Positions 25,851-35,900 of a stretch of DNA of 41,941 bases are shown here, piece after piece. Position 1 is the first letter of the stretch, and every line of letters begins with the position of its first letter. The translations under genes and the position numbers were made by a program. The notes below the pieces were generated by a model. It worked only from the letters and a program-made list of their open reading frames with translations, did not search any database and was not told the DNA's origin. The stretch lies in the UHGV virus genome UHGV-1354005. One strand, given 5' to 3'. This stretch comes from a virus.

Positions 25851-28800
25851 ATGGCCTCAAATACCCGGCAATTTCAAATGCAACTCAACTTCAACGGTGG
25901 GCAGGTTTCCGAGAACTTCACCCCACGAGTTGACATGCAGAAATACCAGACGAGTTGTTCATTGATGAGGAACTTTATTCCTCGTCAGTTTGGTATGTTA
26001 AAGAGGCGACCGGGTTTTGGTGTGATTGACGCATTCAAGAATCCTTTTCGGATATTGAAGTTCCCTTGCACCAACAACGAGGAATACATTGTTTGCGTCC
26101 ACTCCGACAACAAGTATGAGAGCGGTGGTTGCACTCCCTTCGCAACCATTTACCAATGCGGGTATTTTGGAGACGAGACGAGGAAATGGGAGGTAAATCT
26201 TGAGATAGATTCTGTTTTTCAGGCTGGCATCAACGGATGGACGGCTGATGTTGGCAATGAGAGGCATGGTCGTTTTTGGGACACGGACTTGGAGAAAATC
26301 AAGTATGTCTCCCAAAACGACAAAATGTGGATAGTGCATCCCGACTTCTTCCCGCTGGAATTAACAAGGACAGCCACACAGGCGAAAATGCCTGATATTT
26401 CTATGGCTGACGACCAGTACGTGGTGGAGTTTGACACGTCTTCGCACTTAAACATTTCCACAAAAAACTCTCTTTGCTTTGGCCTGTATGGTGTTGATAA
26501 GCTCAATGCTAAAACGAATCCTTTCCTTACCTTAAACTTCAAGGACAACAAATCTATCAGCTTTGGTTTTAGCGGTAGTGGAAACAACATGAAGTGGGCC
26601 ATTACTGACTCATCCGGTATGGAACATCCCTTGGAGGATATAGAGATTGGCTCTGGACAGGTTGTTGCTTTCTCCGACTTCAATCAAAATATTCCTATCA
26701 ACTGTTATTGTTTCCTGACATGGCGGGGAGGCAAGCTGTATGCCAGCATTGGTTGCAACAATGCTTACGGCACGATAGGTCTTTATGCCTACTCATCATC
26801 CGAGGTAGAGATTGACAGCTCTCTTGGGGCCGTCACCAGTTTTTGCGTTGGTGGGACTCCGGGAGGACAAAACGCCGCCCAAAGCTATGTTTCGTTCAAG
26901 GAGTCGTTTAGTGCTGGAACCGGATATAGTGGCATTGGTATTAAGGTGAATTATGGTCAGGGAGACGTTCCAACCCAAAGCTTCAACAACAATGACAACA
27001 GGAGTTCATTGATAATGGCTCAAATGTTTGGCGACACGTCGAAAGTGTTCGCTGGGAACGATTATAAAATTGAGCATTACAACAATGCCGTTTTCCCGAT
27101 TAAACAGATATATCAGGGCAACGAAAAGATTTATCAGGAAGAAGCTGTTATCGGCTTCAAGCTGACAACAATGGACTTCCTGACTTATCCCAAGAGCGAC
27201 GACTACTATATAAGGGATAAAAGCCAAGGAACTAATCCTGATAGTCCCATGTTTTGTAGGAACCATGAGACATACCCGGATATTCCCTATTACGTCTATG
27301 AGGACACCAGCGTCTCTTTAAACACTATCAACGCTGTTTTTGGGGACAGGTATTTCCTTTCTGATGGTTCCGTCTCGCAATTAACAGGTAACGACGGGAC
27401 TCGAATTGCCGAGTGGTTAAAAGAATATACTCCGGGGGATATTGTTATCGGCTCCTGCCTGATGAACAAAACGGACGGTGTATTGAATGGGAACATATAC
27501 AATTTCTCTACTGGCACCAACGTCGGCATTCCCATTAACTTCTTTAGGATGGCAAACATCGTATGCCGCTACGTTCGAGGCGACTGGACTCTTAGCACAG
27601 TCGCAGAAGTGGCGACAAACAAAGGTGTTCTCGTGAGTTATTTGGAGAATAGCAAGGTCTTTTCAGGCTATCCTTCTGGCGGCGGCTACACAGTCTTCCG
27701 AATCGGCAATGGCTATTTCTCACAGCCGAGGAAGCTTAGCATGTCGGGAAGCAACACTCCGGGCGTATTTGTTGGGCTTGTTTATATTGGTGAGAACGGA
27801 ACTGTATCTACTGATACTGGTGATGCTGGCCAGTCCATTGAGGTTGATAATGGAGGTGGTGTTTATCAGACAGACATTCCCTTTGCCGTGTGGCCTAATC
27901 AAAAGAGGCTTACTTCAACAACGACAGATGCGACGGTATTCCAAAACCTGACAATTATGCCAATGATGTATGCCCCTGTGCTGGATGGCATATTCAAAAC
28001 ATTTAGTTCCTTGTTTGGTCGTGGCAACTACCAGCTGACTCAAACCGATATCAGTAACACCAACTACTATTCGGCCAAGTTTAACGATTTAGTCAAGTGT
28101 GCTTTCTCTGTAGAAAAAGGCTATCCTTCCTGCATAGCGTTGCGTAATGGGCGGCTGATATTGGCTTCAACCAAGGCCCAGCCCCAAACAATATGGGCTT
28201 CCCGTGTTGACAGGTATAATGAGTTCTCTGTGGACGACATGGCGGATTCCGGCTGGGATTTGACGATAGGCGCTAACCAGAGCCAAAAGATTCAATGGTT
28301 GTCTTCCTCTAAGGATTTGATAGTAGGAACAGACATTGGCGAATGGGTGCTGAACGACAGCGACTCAAGCAATCCTGTACCCATTATTAAAGAGCAATCC
28401 AGATGGGGTTCTTCTGTGGCGCAAGGGGAACTGATGACGGAGAGCCTGTTTTTCATCCCTAGAGACAAAAAGGGTGTTATCCAGTCAATCTACTCTTTCC
28501 AGATTGATGGCTACACATCGGAAGATGTGACGATTATGGCATCCGATTTGTTTGATTATGGGATTACTTCTCATTCTATTCAGAAAGACCCTGACCCAAT
28601 CTGGTGGGGTACTACTGGCGACGGAAGGCTTTTAGGGCTTCTGTATAACCGGGTTCAGGACATCAATGGCTGGTTCCAATGCGATATTCAAGGAGCCTTC
28701 ATAAATCAGGTATGCTGTTACAATAACCCGGTAAAAGGCGAAGAAGGATTGATTGTTTCCGTAAAAGGCAAAGGCGAGAACGATTTCGTAAACGCCAATC

Positions 28801-30143
28801 AATACTTCCTCTCTTATATGGAGGACAGCAATCCTTGTGTTGACTTCTTCTCCACAGGGCAGACGAGCGACACAGATGCTCTGGTTTATGGAGGTTTTGT
28901 AAACAATTCATGGAACAACTTCTCCACAGGGCAGACGAGCGACACAGATGCTCTTAACACTCTAATTGTAAATGGCTACTTCAAGGAAAACACAAATAGT
29001 TCGCAACTCACAGTTCAGGCCAAAACCCCTACAACTCAAAGCCTGATATCAAGATTTTCTTTTTCCTTCGATGAGTCTGCTATTTTCAACAATCCGGTCG
29101 CTAGTGGGAGTGATGTTGAGATAGAGTCTTTCCTTTTTGAGAACCAGTACGACCCCTCTCAAGAGGTATTAACCAAAGGGCCGTTCCGTATGTTTGTTTT
29201 CGACGCAGAGACGCAAGAATTCCTTACTTACTCTATCAACTCGATATTGTTGCCTGACGACAAAAATCAGTTGCCAATCCTTGAGTTCAGTTTCTTGGGG
29301 TTGGTGTTGAAGGCAAACCAGAAGATAAGGTGTTACTTCTCTTCGGCATCGGTTCCCTCATGGGAAGGTGCAGAACAGATTTTGCAGTTATCAGTCTTTG
29401 ACGAGGCCGGCCATGATGTGGAATATGGATATTTCCCATACATGGATGTGAGAGTTAAAGCTACTACACCCAAGATAGAGTGGGACGAAACCAAGCCTGT
29501 ATATCTGGACATCATTTCAGCTAACAGGCAAACAACCACAGGCTATTGCTTTGGCGGCAATGAGGTAAATAATAATTATTCTTATTACCAGCAAGCGCCG
29601 GAGGGTGAAGGCTTGTTCTCCCAGAGCCAAATCGTATTTAATGTTAAGTCTGAAATTGAAAACGATATTGGCCAAGCCGGGAACAGCGGATTTATTACTC
29701 CCCCGTCCAGCACCTCATCGACTCTTCCAAACTTTGTTTTTGGGCTTCATATCTTTTCGGAGTTTATTTCAATGCCAATGGGGAATGCCAATAATTATGT
29801 CATTCCTGCGACCACTACGAAGATTAGCCAACTTAGGTATCAAGTATCACGGGATGAGAGCAACGACGTAACTCCTTCATCTTCATTCCTTAGTGATGAC
29901 GGACTGGCTTATGGTGCGCCAAGGATTCAGGCCACAGTTCAGGCATTGGACTATGATGCCCCGATAGCTATGGAAAAGAGCACTTCCATGTCGGTATCAA
30001 CAAACTTGTCTAACGGGAGAGACCATATTGTATTGAGCGGACAAAGCTCTACAGATACAAGACTGTACTTTTCCTTAGATGATGCTAAAAAGGTGAACGT
30101 ATTAGCGGCGTATATTCTGTATGATTCCACTATCATTAGCTGA
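25851..30143 (+). CDS. large structural protein (tail or receptor-binding candidate)
   Basis: 1430 aa, rich in G/S/T/N/Y. It has an internal direct repeat encoding FSTGQTSDTDAL twice. Confidence 0.5.
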   Translation: MASNTRQFQMQLNFNGGQVSENFTPRVDMQKYQTSCSLMRNFIPRQFGMLKRRPGFGVIDAFKNPFRILKFPCTNNEEYIVCVHSDNKYESGGCTPFATIYQCGYFGDETRKWEVNLEIDSVFQAGINGWTADVGNERHGRFWDTDLEKIKYVSQNDKMWIVHPDFFPLELTRTATQAKMPDISMADDQYVVEFDTSSHLNISTKNSLCFGLYGVDKLNAKTNPFLTLNFKDNKSISFGFSGSGNNMKWAITDSSGMEHPLEDIEIGSGQVVAFSDFNQNIPINCYCFLTWRGGKLYASIGCNNAYGTIGLYAYSSSEVEIDSSLGAVTSFCVGGTPGGQNAAQSYVSFKESFSAGTGYSGIGIKVNYGQGDVPTQSFNNNDNRSSLIMAQMFGDTSKVFAGNDYKIEHYNNAVFPIKQIYQGNEKIYQEEAVIGFKLTTMDFLTYPKSDDYYIRDKSQGTNPDSPMFCRNHETYPDIPYYVYEDTSVSLNTINAVFGDRYFLSDGSVSQLTGNDGTRIAEWLKEYTPGDIVIGSCLMNKTDGVLNGNIYNFSTGTNVGIPINFFRMANIVCRYVRGDWTLSTVAEVATNKGVLVSYLENSKVFSGYPSGGGYTVFRIGNGYFSQPRKLSMSGSNTPGVFVGLVYIGENGTVSTDTGDAGQSIEVDNGGGVYQTDIPFAVWPNQKRLTSTTTDATVFQNLTIMPMMYAPVLDGIFKTFSSLFGRGNYQLTQTDISNTNYYSAKFNDLVKCAFSVEKGYPSCIALRNGRLILASTKAQPQTIWASRVDRYNEFSVDDMADSGWDLTIGANQSQKIQWLSSSKDLIVGTDIGEWVLNDSDSSNPVPIIKEQSRWGSSVAQGELMTESLFFIPRDKKGVIQSIYSFQIDGYTSEDVTIMASDLFDYGITSHSIQKDPDPIWWGTTGDGRLLGLLYNRVQDINGWFQCDIQGAFINQVCCYNNPVKGEEGLIVSVKGKGENDFVNANQYFLSYMEDSNPCVDFFSTGQTSDTDALVYGGFVNNSWNNFSTGQTSDTDALNTLIVNGYFKENTNSSQLTVQAKTPTTQSLISRFSFSFDESAIFNNPVASGSDVEIESFLFENQYDPSQEVLTKGPFRMFVFDAETQEFLTYSINSILLPDDKNQLPILEFSFLGLVLKANQKIRCYFSSASVPSWEGAEQILQLSVFDEAGHDVEYGYFPYMDVRVKATTPKIEWDETKPVYLDIISANRQTTTGYCFGGNEVNNNYSYYQQAPEGEGLFSQSQIVFNVKSEIENDIGQAGNSGFITPPSSTSSTLPNFVFGLHIFSEFISMPMGNANNYVIPATTTKISQLRYQVSRDESNDVTPSSSFLSDDGLAYGAPRIQATVQALDYDAPIAMEKSTSMSVSTNLSNGRDHIVLSGQSSTDTRLYFSLDDAKKVNVLAAYILYDSTIIS
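28846..28956 (+). repeat. about 37-bp direct repeat (2 copies, 74 bp apart) inside the 1430-aa gene
   Basis: ttctccacagggcagacgagcgacacagatgctct occurs at 28846-28882 and again at 28920-28956. Confidence 0.7.
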
Positions 30144-31032
30144 CACAGGCGGCCTAACCGCAGATGGTTTGTTGCCGTTGACAGGCTTCCCCTCATGGAT
30201 GTGGGGAAGCGACATTCTTAATGGTCAACTCTGGGGTGGAACAGAAATAGCAGAGCCAGCTTACAACGAAATTTGGACAGACCCTACGACTGGTGTTACG
30301 AATGCGCTCCTACCTTCGTTGACTGGATTGGAGCCAATGAACGGCCTGTATGATATTGATTATCAGATAGGTTATCCTGAAATGCCCCAGCCGCCGACAT
30401 ATAACCCCAACACAAGTTATTTATCATCAACGGCTTCCATAGATACGTCAGCTGGGTTTGAGAAGTCTAGTCCCAACAAAATAGCATGGGATGACACGTT
30501 TGACCCGTTCGGCTTCAACTCTGCGACGCTTAAAGGATTTGGTAGTGTTCTTTCGGATGTGTCGTCTTCCTTGAGCAAGAAGCGGTCATATGCCAACTAT
30601 GTCGCCAGTTATGAGAATCAGGCACAGGCGTTAAGGAATCAAGCCGAGTCGGCATACAGGATTGCCGGAATAAACATGTCTCGCCTTCGAGGGAATCAGG
30701 CGAAATACCTAGCCCAGCAAAGGGTGTCAGCAGTCAGGACAGGCTTCGCCCCGACTTCCGGTTCCATAGGCGCTGTACAACAGGCGACAATGAGCCAGTT
30801 CGAGCAACAAATATCTGATGCTTGGGTGGAAGCGGAACAAAAGAGGCAGAACACAATGTATCAAGCAAGCGTTGCTGATTGGCGGGCAAGCGAAGCCCGG
30901 AAGGCTAGCAAGCGCTCCTCCGGTGGATTCCTTGGCTCGCTACTTGGCTCTGGTGTGGGAGCTTATTTTGGAGGCCCCACCGGAATGGCGATAGGTTCTA
31001 AGATAGGTTCATCCATAGGAGGGTTATTTTAA
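30121..31032 (+). CDS. structural protein with Gly-rich hydrophobic C-terminus
   Basis: 303 aa. The C-terminus reads GGFLGSLLGSGVGAYFGGPTGMAIGSKIGSSIGGLF. The start overlaps the upstream stop by 23 nt. Confidence 0.45.
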   Translation: MIPLSLADTGGLTADGLLPLTGFPSWMWGSDILNGQLWGGTEIAEPAYNEIWTDPTTGVTNALLPSLTGLEPMNGLYDIDYQIGYPEMPQPPTYNPNTSYLSSTASIDTSAGFEKSSPNKIAWDDTFDPFGFNSATLKGFGSVLSDVSSSLSKKRSYANYVASYENQAQALRNQAESAYRIAGINMSRLRGNQAKYLAQQRVSAVRTGFAPTSGSIGAVQQATMSQFEQQISDAWVEAEQKRQNTMYQASVADWRASEARKASKRSSGGFLGSLLGSGVGAYFGGPTGMAIGSKIGSSIGGLF

Positions 31033-31034
31033 TC

Positions 31035-32993
31035 ATGGCGACCAACGATACTAGAGACATAAGACTGGGTGTCAGTAGTGCGAACAAGGAGGGGTTGTTG
31101 CCTTCTCCTTCAAACCGTTATTTGCGCTCCACTTATGATGCGGCCAGATATGTTCCTATTGGAAATGAGTTTGATAAAGAGAGCCGAGTAAAGGAGCTTG
31201 GCGACCTTGGCGAAGGACTCACAATGTGGTCGAAGGCGCAAGCGGAAGTCGAGACAACGAACGACAGTATTCAGTCACGGCGCATGCAAGCAGAGTACAT
31301 GGAAGCTTCCACACAGGTTTTCAATCAGCTTCAAAAAGACCCCAGCACGATGAACAATCCTGCGGTTTGGCTGGATGCCTATACGGAGGAGATGACATCA
31401 AGGGCGGCAGAGATTAACAACAAGTATGCCAAATCGTTTTATGTTGGGCGCAATCAGATGTTGTCCAATGAAAGGCTCAACCTGTTGCTGAAAGAGGAGA
31501 AGAACAAGGTGGGCCTGATGGCGGCAGACAGAATATCAAAGATGGCCGCAGACGAAACTAATGCGGCGTTCAAGATTGCTGTGGCCAACAGGGATTTCGG
31601 GTTGGCTAGGGAGATAAATAAAAGCCCCTACCTAACACCTGCGGAAAAGATGTTGAATGAGAATGGAATTGTTCAAGCCCAGACACAAGACATCATCCAG
31701 CAGGAAACATTGAGGAACCCTTGGGGTGTTCTGGAAGAGGTGAACAGGGATGGTGCTGTACAGCGTCGTGAATTGACCTATGAGCAACAGCAGTACGCAT
31801 TGAACCAAGCGCAGGGCCGGATAAGCATGATTCAAAAGCAATCGTATGACTCTCTCGTACAGAAGTTTTTGTTCAACCCGGAAGAGTTTGAGATGGATGT
31901 CGCCAAAAAGCTATTGGACACAAACCAGCTGACGACCCAGCAATATGTCAACCTCCTCAACATGAAGAAGACCATGAGCGCCAAGGTTGAGCCGACTCCA
32001 ATGCAGTTTGCGGCCATGTCTAATTGGGCAGTCAAGCTTTCAGAGGATTATCACAAAGAGTCGCCAGAGGGACAGGCCAACATCCTCTCCCAAGCTGAAC
32101 GGCTTCTTGAGCGGATGAATTTCAGCACCAGCGACAAGAACTCATTGCTCAAGCTTGTAACACAAAAGATTTCCCCGGAAACGTTCAATCAGGCTGACAA
32201 GTTGGTAGAGAAGTTTTGGGATAACGGCCAACTACCTCTGACCAAGACAGCGGATTACACCGGAACTCAAGGAGGAACTACTCCGATTTATTTGACGGAG
32301 GGAGAGTTTAATACCCAGTTCAAAGAGAGGAAGAACCAGTTTTTCTTAGACAAAAGCAGGACATACCTAGACCCGAAAACGGCAGAAGACAGGTATGCTG
32401 TGATGGAGTATGTGCCTAATGCGGAAAACATTCTAGTGCAAGACCGGGTAAAGAGCGAAGTCCGTTCTGCCTTGTCGGATAGGATAGCAGAATATCGGGC
32501 GCAGAATGGAGGACGAACCCCGAACACGGAAGAGCTTTATACGATGATTTACAACGCCAGAGCAGAAGTCTTTGGTAATCAAAACATTAAAGCTCTTAAT
32601 CCTATTATGGACAACCCTGTTTTCCCGTCAGGACGACAGGAGAATACTGATGAAAGGAAGGCAACTTTTATCCCCAGAGAAAACAAGAAGTTCTCTTTTA
32701 GGACCGCTTCGCCAGTAGTTGATATTCCAGAAGGGGATAAATACATTTGCCTCTCGCCGGACAATGCGTTTGTCACATCGGAAAGGAACCCTCTTCTTGT
32801 ACTCAAACAGGCAGGGCAATATCCGTTAGGCTACGTAACCTTCGACCAATCCTATCTTGAAAAACCTTCGGAAGACCTACAAGATGTTGTGGCAAGGAGG
32901 AATGCAAAAGCTATTGCTGAAAAGGCAGGGCTTGCGGCACAGAGCGAGCAGACGGTTTATTGTGCTTTAATTGCGTACTGGAACAGCTTATAA
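31035..32993 (+). CDS. structural/internal virion protein (hypothetical)
   Basis: 652 aa, Q/E/K-rich with coiled-coil character. Confidence 0.45.
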   Translation: MATNDTRDIRLGVSSANKEGLLPSPSNRYLRSTYDAARYVPIGNEFDKESRVKELGDLGEGLTMWSKAQAEVETTNDSIQSRRMQAEYMEASTQVFNQLQKDPSTMNNPAVWLDAYTEEMTSRAAEINNKYAKSFYVGRNQMLSNERLNLLLKEEKNKVGLMAADRISKMAADETNAAFKIAVANRDFGLAREINKSPYLTPAEKMLNENGIVQAQTQDIIQQETLRNPWGVLEEVNRDGAVQRRELTYEQQQYALNQAQGRISMIQKQSYDSLVQKFLFNPEEFEMDVAKKLLDTNQLTTQQYVNLLNMKKTMSAKVEPTPMQFAAMSNWAVKLSEDYHKESPEGQANILSQAERLLERMNFSTSDKNSLLKLVTQKISPETFNQADKLVEKFWDNGQLPLTKTADYTGTQGGTTPIYLTEGEFNTQFKERKNQFFLDKSRTYLDPKTAEDRYAVMEYVPNAENILVQDRVKSEVRSALSDRIAEYRAQNGGRTPNTEELYTMIYNARAEVFGNQNIKALNPIMDNPVFPSGRQENTDERKATFIPRENKKFSFRTASPVVDIPEGDKYICLSPDNAFVTSERNPLLVLKQAGQYPLGYVTFDQSYLEKPSEDLQDVVARRNAKAIAEKAGLAAQSEQTVYCALIAYWNSL

Positions 32994-35900
32994 AACATTT
33001 ATGCCTGAAACACTAGACCCATTAAACCTAAACCCTTCCTCAACTATTTCGGACGCAATAGGAGGTGAGGCTTTGGAGGAACAGGCTCAACAGCAAATGC
33101 AGGAGCAGGTTTCTAGGGAGGCTCAAGGCATTTCAAATGGTGTGCAGGAAGGAGCTTGGGCCGAAAAGGCATTGAGCAGTAAAAGGAAGCTTCGTGAGGA
33201 CTTGGATGAATACCTCAAACTCCAAGCCACAGCCACACCTGATGACCCCCCAGAGTTTTTGAATGCTCTTGCCGACAGGCGAAACCAGCTAATAAATAGT
33301 GGTATAGACCCGGACTATGAAAAGTATCGGGACAAGATTGACAGGATTCAGGGGAAAATATATGCCATAACCCAAAACATCAATCCCAAGACAGGGTTGT
33401 TTGGTGTTGTCCCCACCGAGGATGTAAAAGACAGTAGGCTTGGGACGCTCCTCACCGCAGAGCAAATAGGCTACTTTAACAGCCTACCTAAAAGCATGCA
33501 GGATGAATTCATCTTTGAAGGGATTGTTGAAACCTTCTTCCCGCAGGGAGGTATGGATAAGGTAACGGCATTGGGATTACTCAAGGAGCATTACCAAACC
33601 GACTCCATGCACGGAGTTGTCAGCAAATACGCTCAAGAGCTTCAAAGGAACAAGGATGAGGAGATAGCATACAATGAAGCCTCTACCAGATTTTTCGATT
33701 CCTTTATAGAAACAGGAGGCGATTACCAGAAAGCAATCGACAGCTTGGAAGGCAATCTAAACCTGTATGCGGAAAACATTTTCAACCAAGAACCTGCGCT
33801 TAAATACATTTACCAGCGTGCGTATAACTCCGTCTCATGGATTAAAGATGAATACATAGAAAGCGGAGAGCTGGATTGGGACAAGATGGCAGACAGGTTG
33901 TTGAAGCTTGGTGAAGGAGAGACGTTCTCTCTAGCCATTCAGATGCTTCCCTACATGTTGCCCAAAGACGACAGGACTTGGCTCACACAAGCCATAGACG
34001 ACACCGCCTCTGATGTCTCCCGCTTTGCTAGGCTCATGGTTGACGGAGGAGGCGATAGCGCCCAAGCAGAACGCCTTGCGTTGGCTATCCAGCAGGAATA
34101 TCGTCAGGGCCGAGACATGCCTACATCGTGGATAGGAAGAGCTTTTAAGGCGGCGACAGACCAAGTTCCGAAGGTGGCGGCAGTAACCGGAAGCTCTCTT
34201 TTGGCTTCACCGGGTGGGCCTGTAGCAATGGCCGCCACAGGAACAGCTGTCGGCTCAATGGTGTATGGTTCAACGGTAGGTCTTGAGGCATATAGGACGA
34301 ATTCTTCTAGGGCAGGAGCATTGACATATGGTGTTACTGTTGGGGCCTTGGAAGGTCTCCTTGAAAACGTAACTCTTGGCGTTGGTGCTTTGGCCTCCAA
34401 AGGTATTAAGGTGGCAGAGGCAGGTAGGAAAATGGCCTCTGTTGCCGGGAAAGTTCCCGCCACCGTAAGAGGTGCGGCGGCTGGTGCTTTGTCTGAATAT
34501 ACCCAAGAAGTCATTGCTGACCCAATTTATGTTGGATTGGAGAATGTAATGCGCTCTGCGGGGTTTGAGCTTACCCAGCAAAACACCCTTAAAAACTGGT
34601 GGGAAACATTGGACTTTACAGCCCCTGAACTCTTGGGGGCTACAGCCATTCTTGGCGGCTCCATTGGTGCTGTTGGGGGCTATCAAGCTAACCACCTCAT
34701 CAACCGAGTAGGAAGAAGCGCTTCGGCTCTTCAAGCTTATGGTGTACCCGAATCGGAAGCTGTGGCTATTGCCGAAATGCCAGACGGCAAGGAGCGCACA
34801 AACAGGCTTATATCGGCCCTTCGCAATAACCGGGTAAGCCCCGACGTGCAAATAACAAACCAGCAAGCGGGGATATTCCTGAACTTTTTAGCTAAGAATG
34901 CAGAGAGGTTTAAGGATGTTGAGCTGATGCCGGAGATATCCGACAACGGGGACGGAACCTTTAATATTGTTGAGAGAGACCCGGTAAGTGGAGCTGAAAA
35001 AGTAACCACAGTAACAGACGAAATCGCAGGGACGTTCATGTCTCAAGCGTTGCAGTCAAATCCGGGATTTATCAGGGCATTAAATATTTTCGCCCAAGAA
35101 GAGATAGAGTCAGGGTTGGGCAAGGAGACGAAGATAAAGAGCTATACTCCTGACGAACTCCGAGCAAAAATCCAATCCACAGAAGACAACAATGCAACTA
35201 TAGCACGACTTAGGGCTTTGGCTGTAATTAACCAAGACCCGGAATTGTTGCAGAGTTTTCGTGATGGGAAAGTAAGTATTGAAGATGTAGCAAATGAGCT
35301 GGAAATTGTATCTGCATATAGAGATGGCACGATTGCTGTTGCGAGGGGTGAAGCGAATCCTCTCAATATTCTGGAAGAAATAATTCACGCCCGTGCAATA
35401 TCCGACTTGGAGAGCGGCGTTATTTCTCGAAGCGTCATTGAAACACAGGTAAGGAATTACTTGGAGTTCTTGGGACGTAGTGCGGAAGAGATAGGGGATT
35501 TGAGCAATGACGTTGTGTTGCAGGAACATTTGGCGAACATGGGGAAGGCTTTGGCAACAACGCCGGAACTGTTTTCCGCAATGCCCGGCAATGTTCAAAC
35601 AATCCTTGAGTGGCAGAAGGACGCTATAGCGGAAGTTGGGAATGTCTTTGCGGAAGGCGCTCTGATAAAAGAGGCCATTGAGCAGGGCATTGTCTCTCCC
35701 GATTTTGTCAAGTGGTCTAAATCTTTGGCGACTATGGCCGAACGTCGTGACGGTCAGGATATGGCAGAGCTTGTCAATGGTGCGACCGGAGAAAGCATTT
35801 TGCCAATGGGCCAGAGCCTTCCTTCCGTGAGGAGGCGTGGGACTATTAATGTAACTCCTTCTGTAAGAACCATTAACGAAGCCATATCAAACATAGTCAA

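Noticed and set aside
30121-33001. Apparent identical 23-nt overlaps at two gene junctions (30121/30143 and 32971/32993), considered as a possible programmed coupling motif
   Set aside because: The second overlap depends on a TTG start chosen by the ORF track. The first ATG at about 33001 removes it, so only the first overlap is real.
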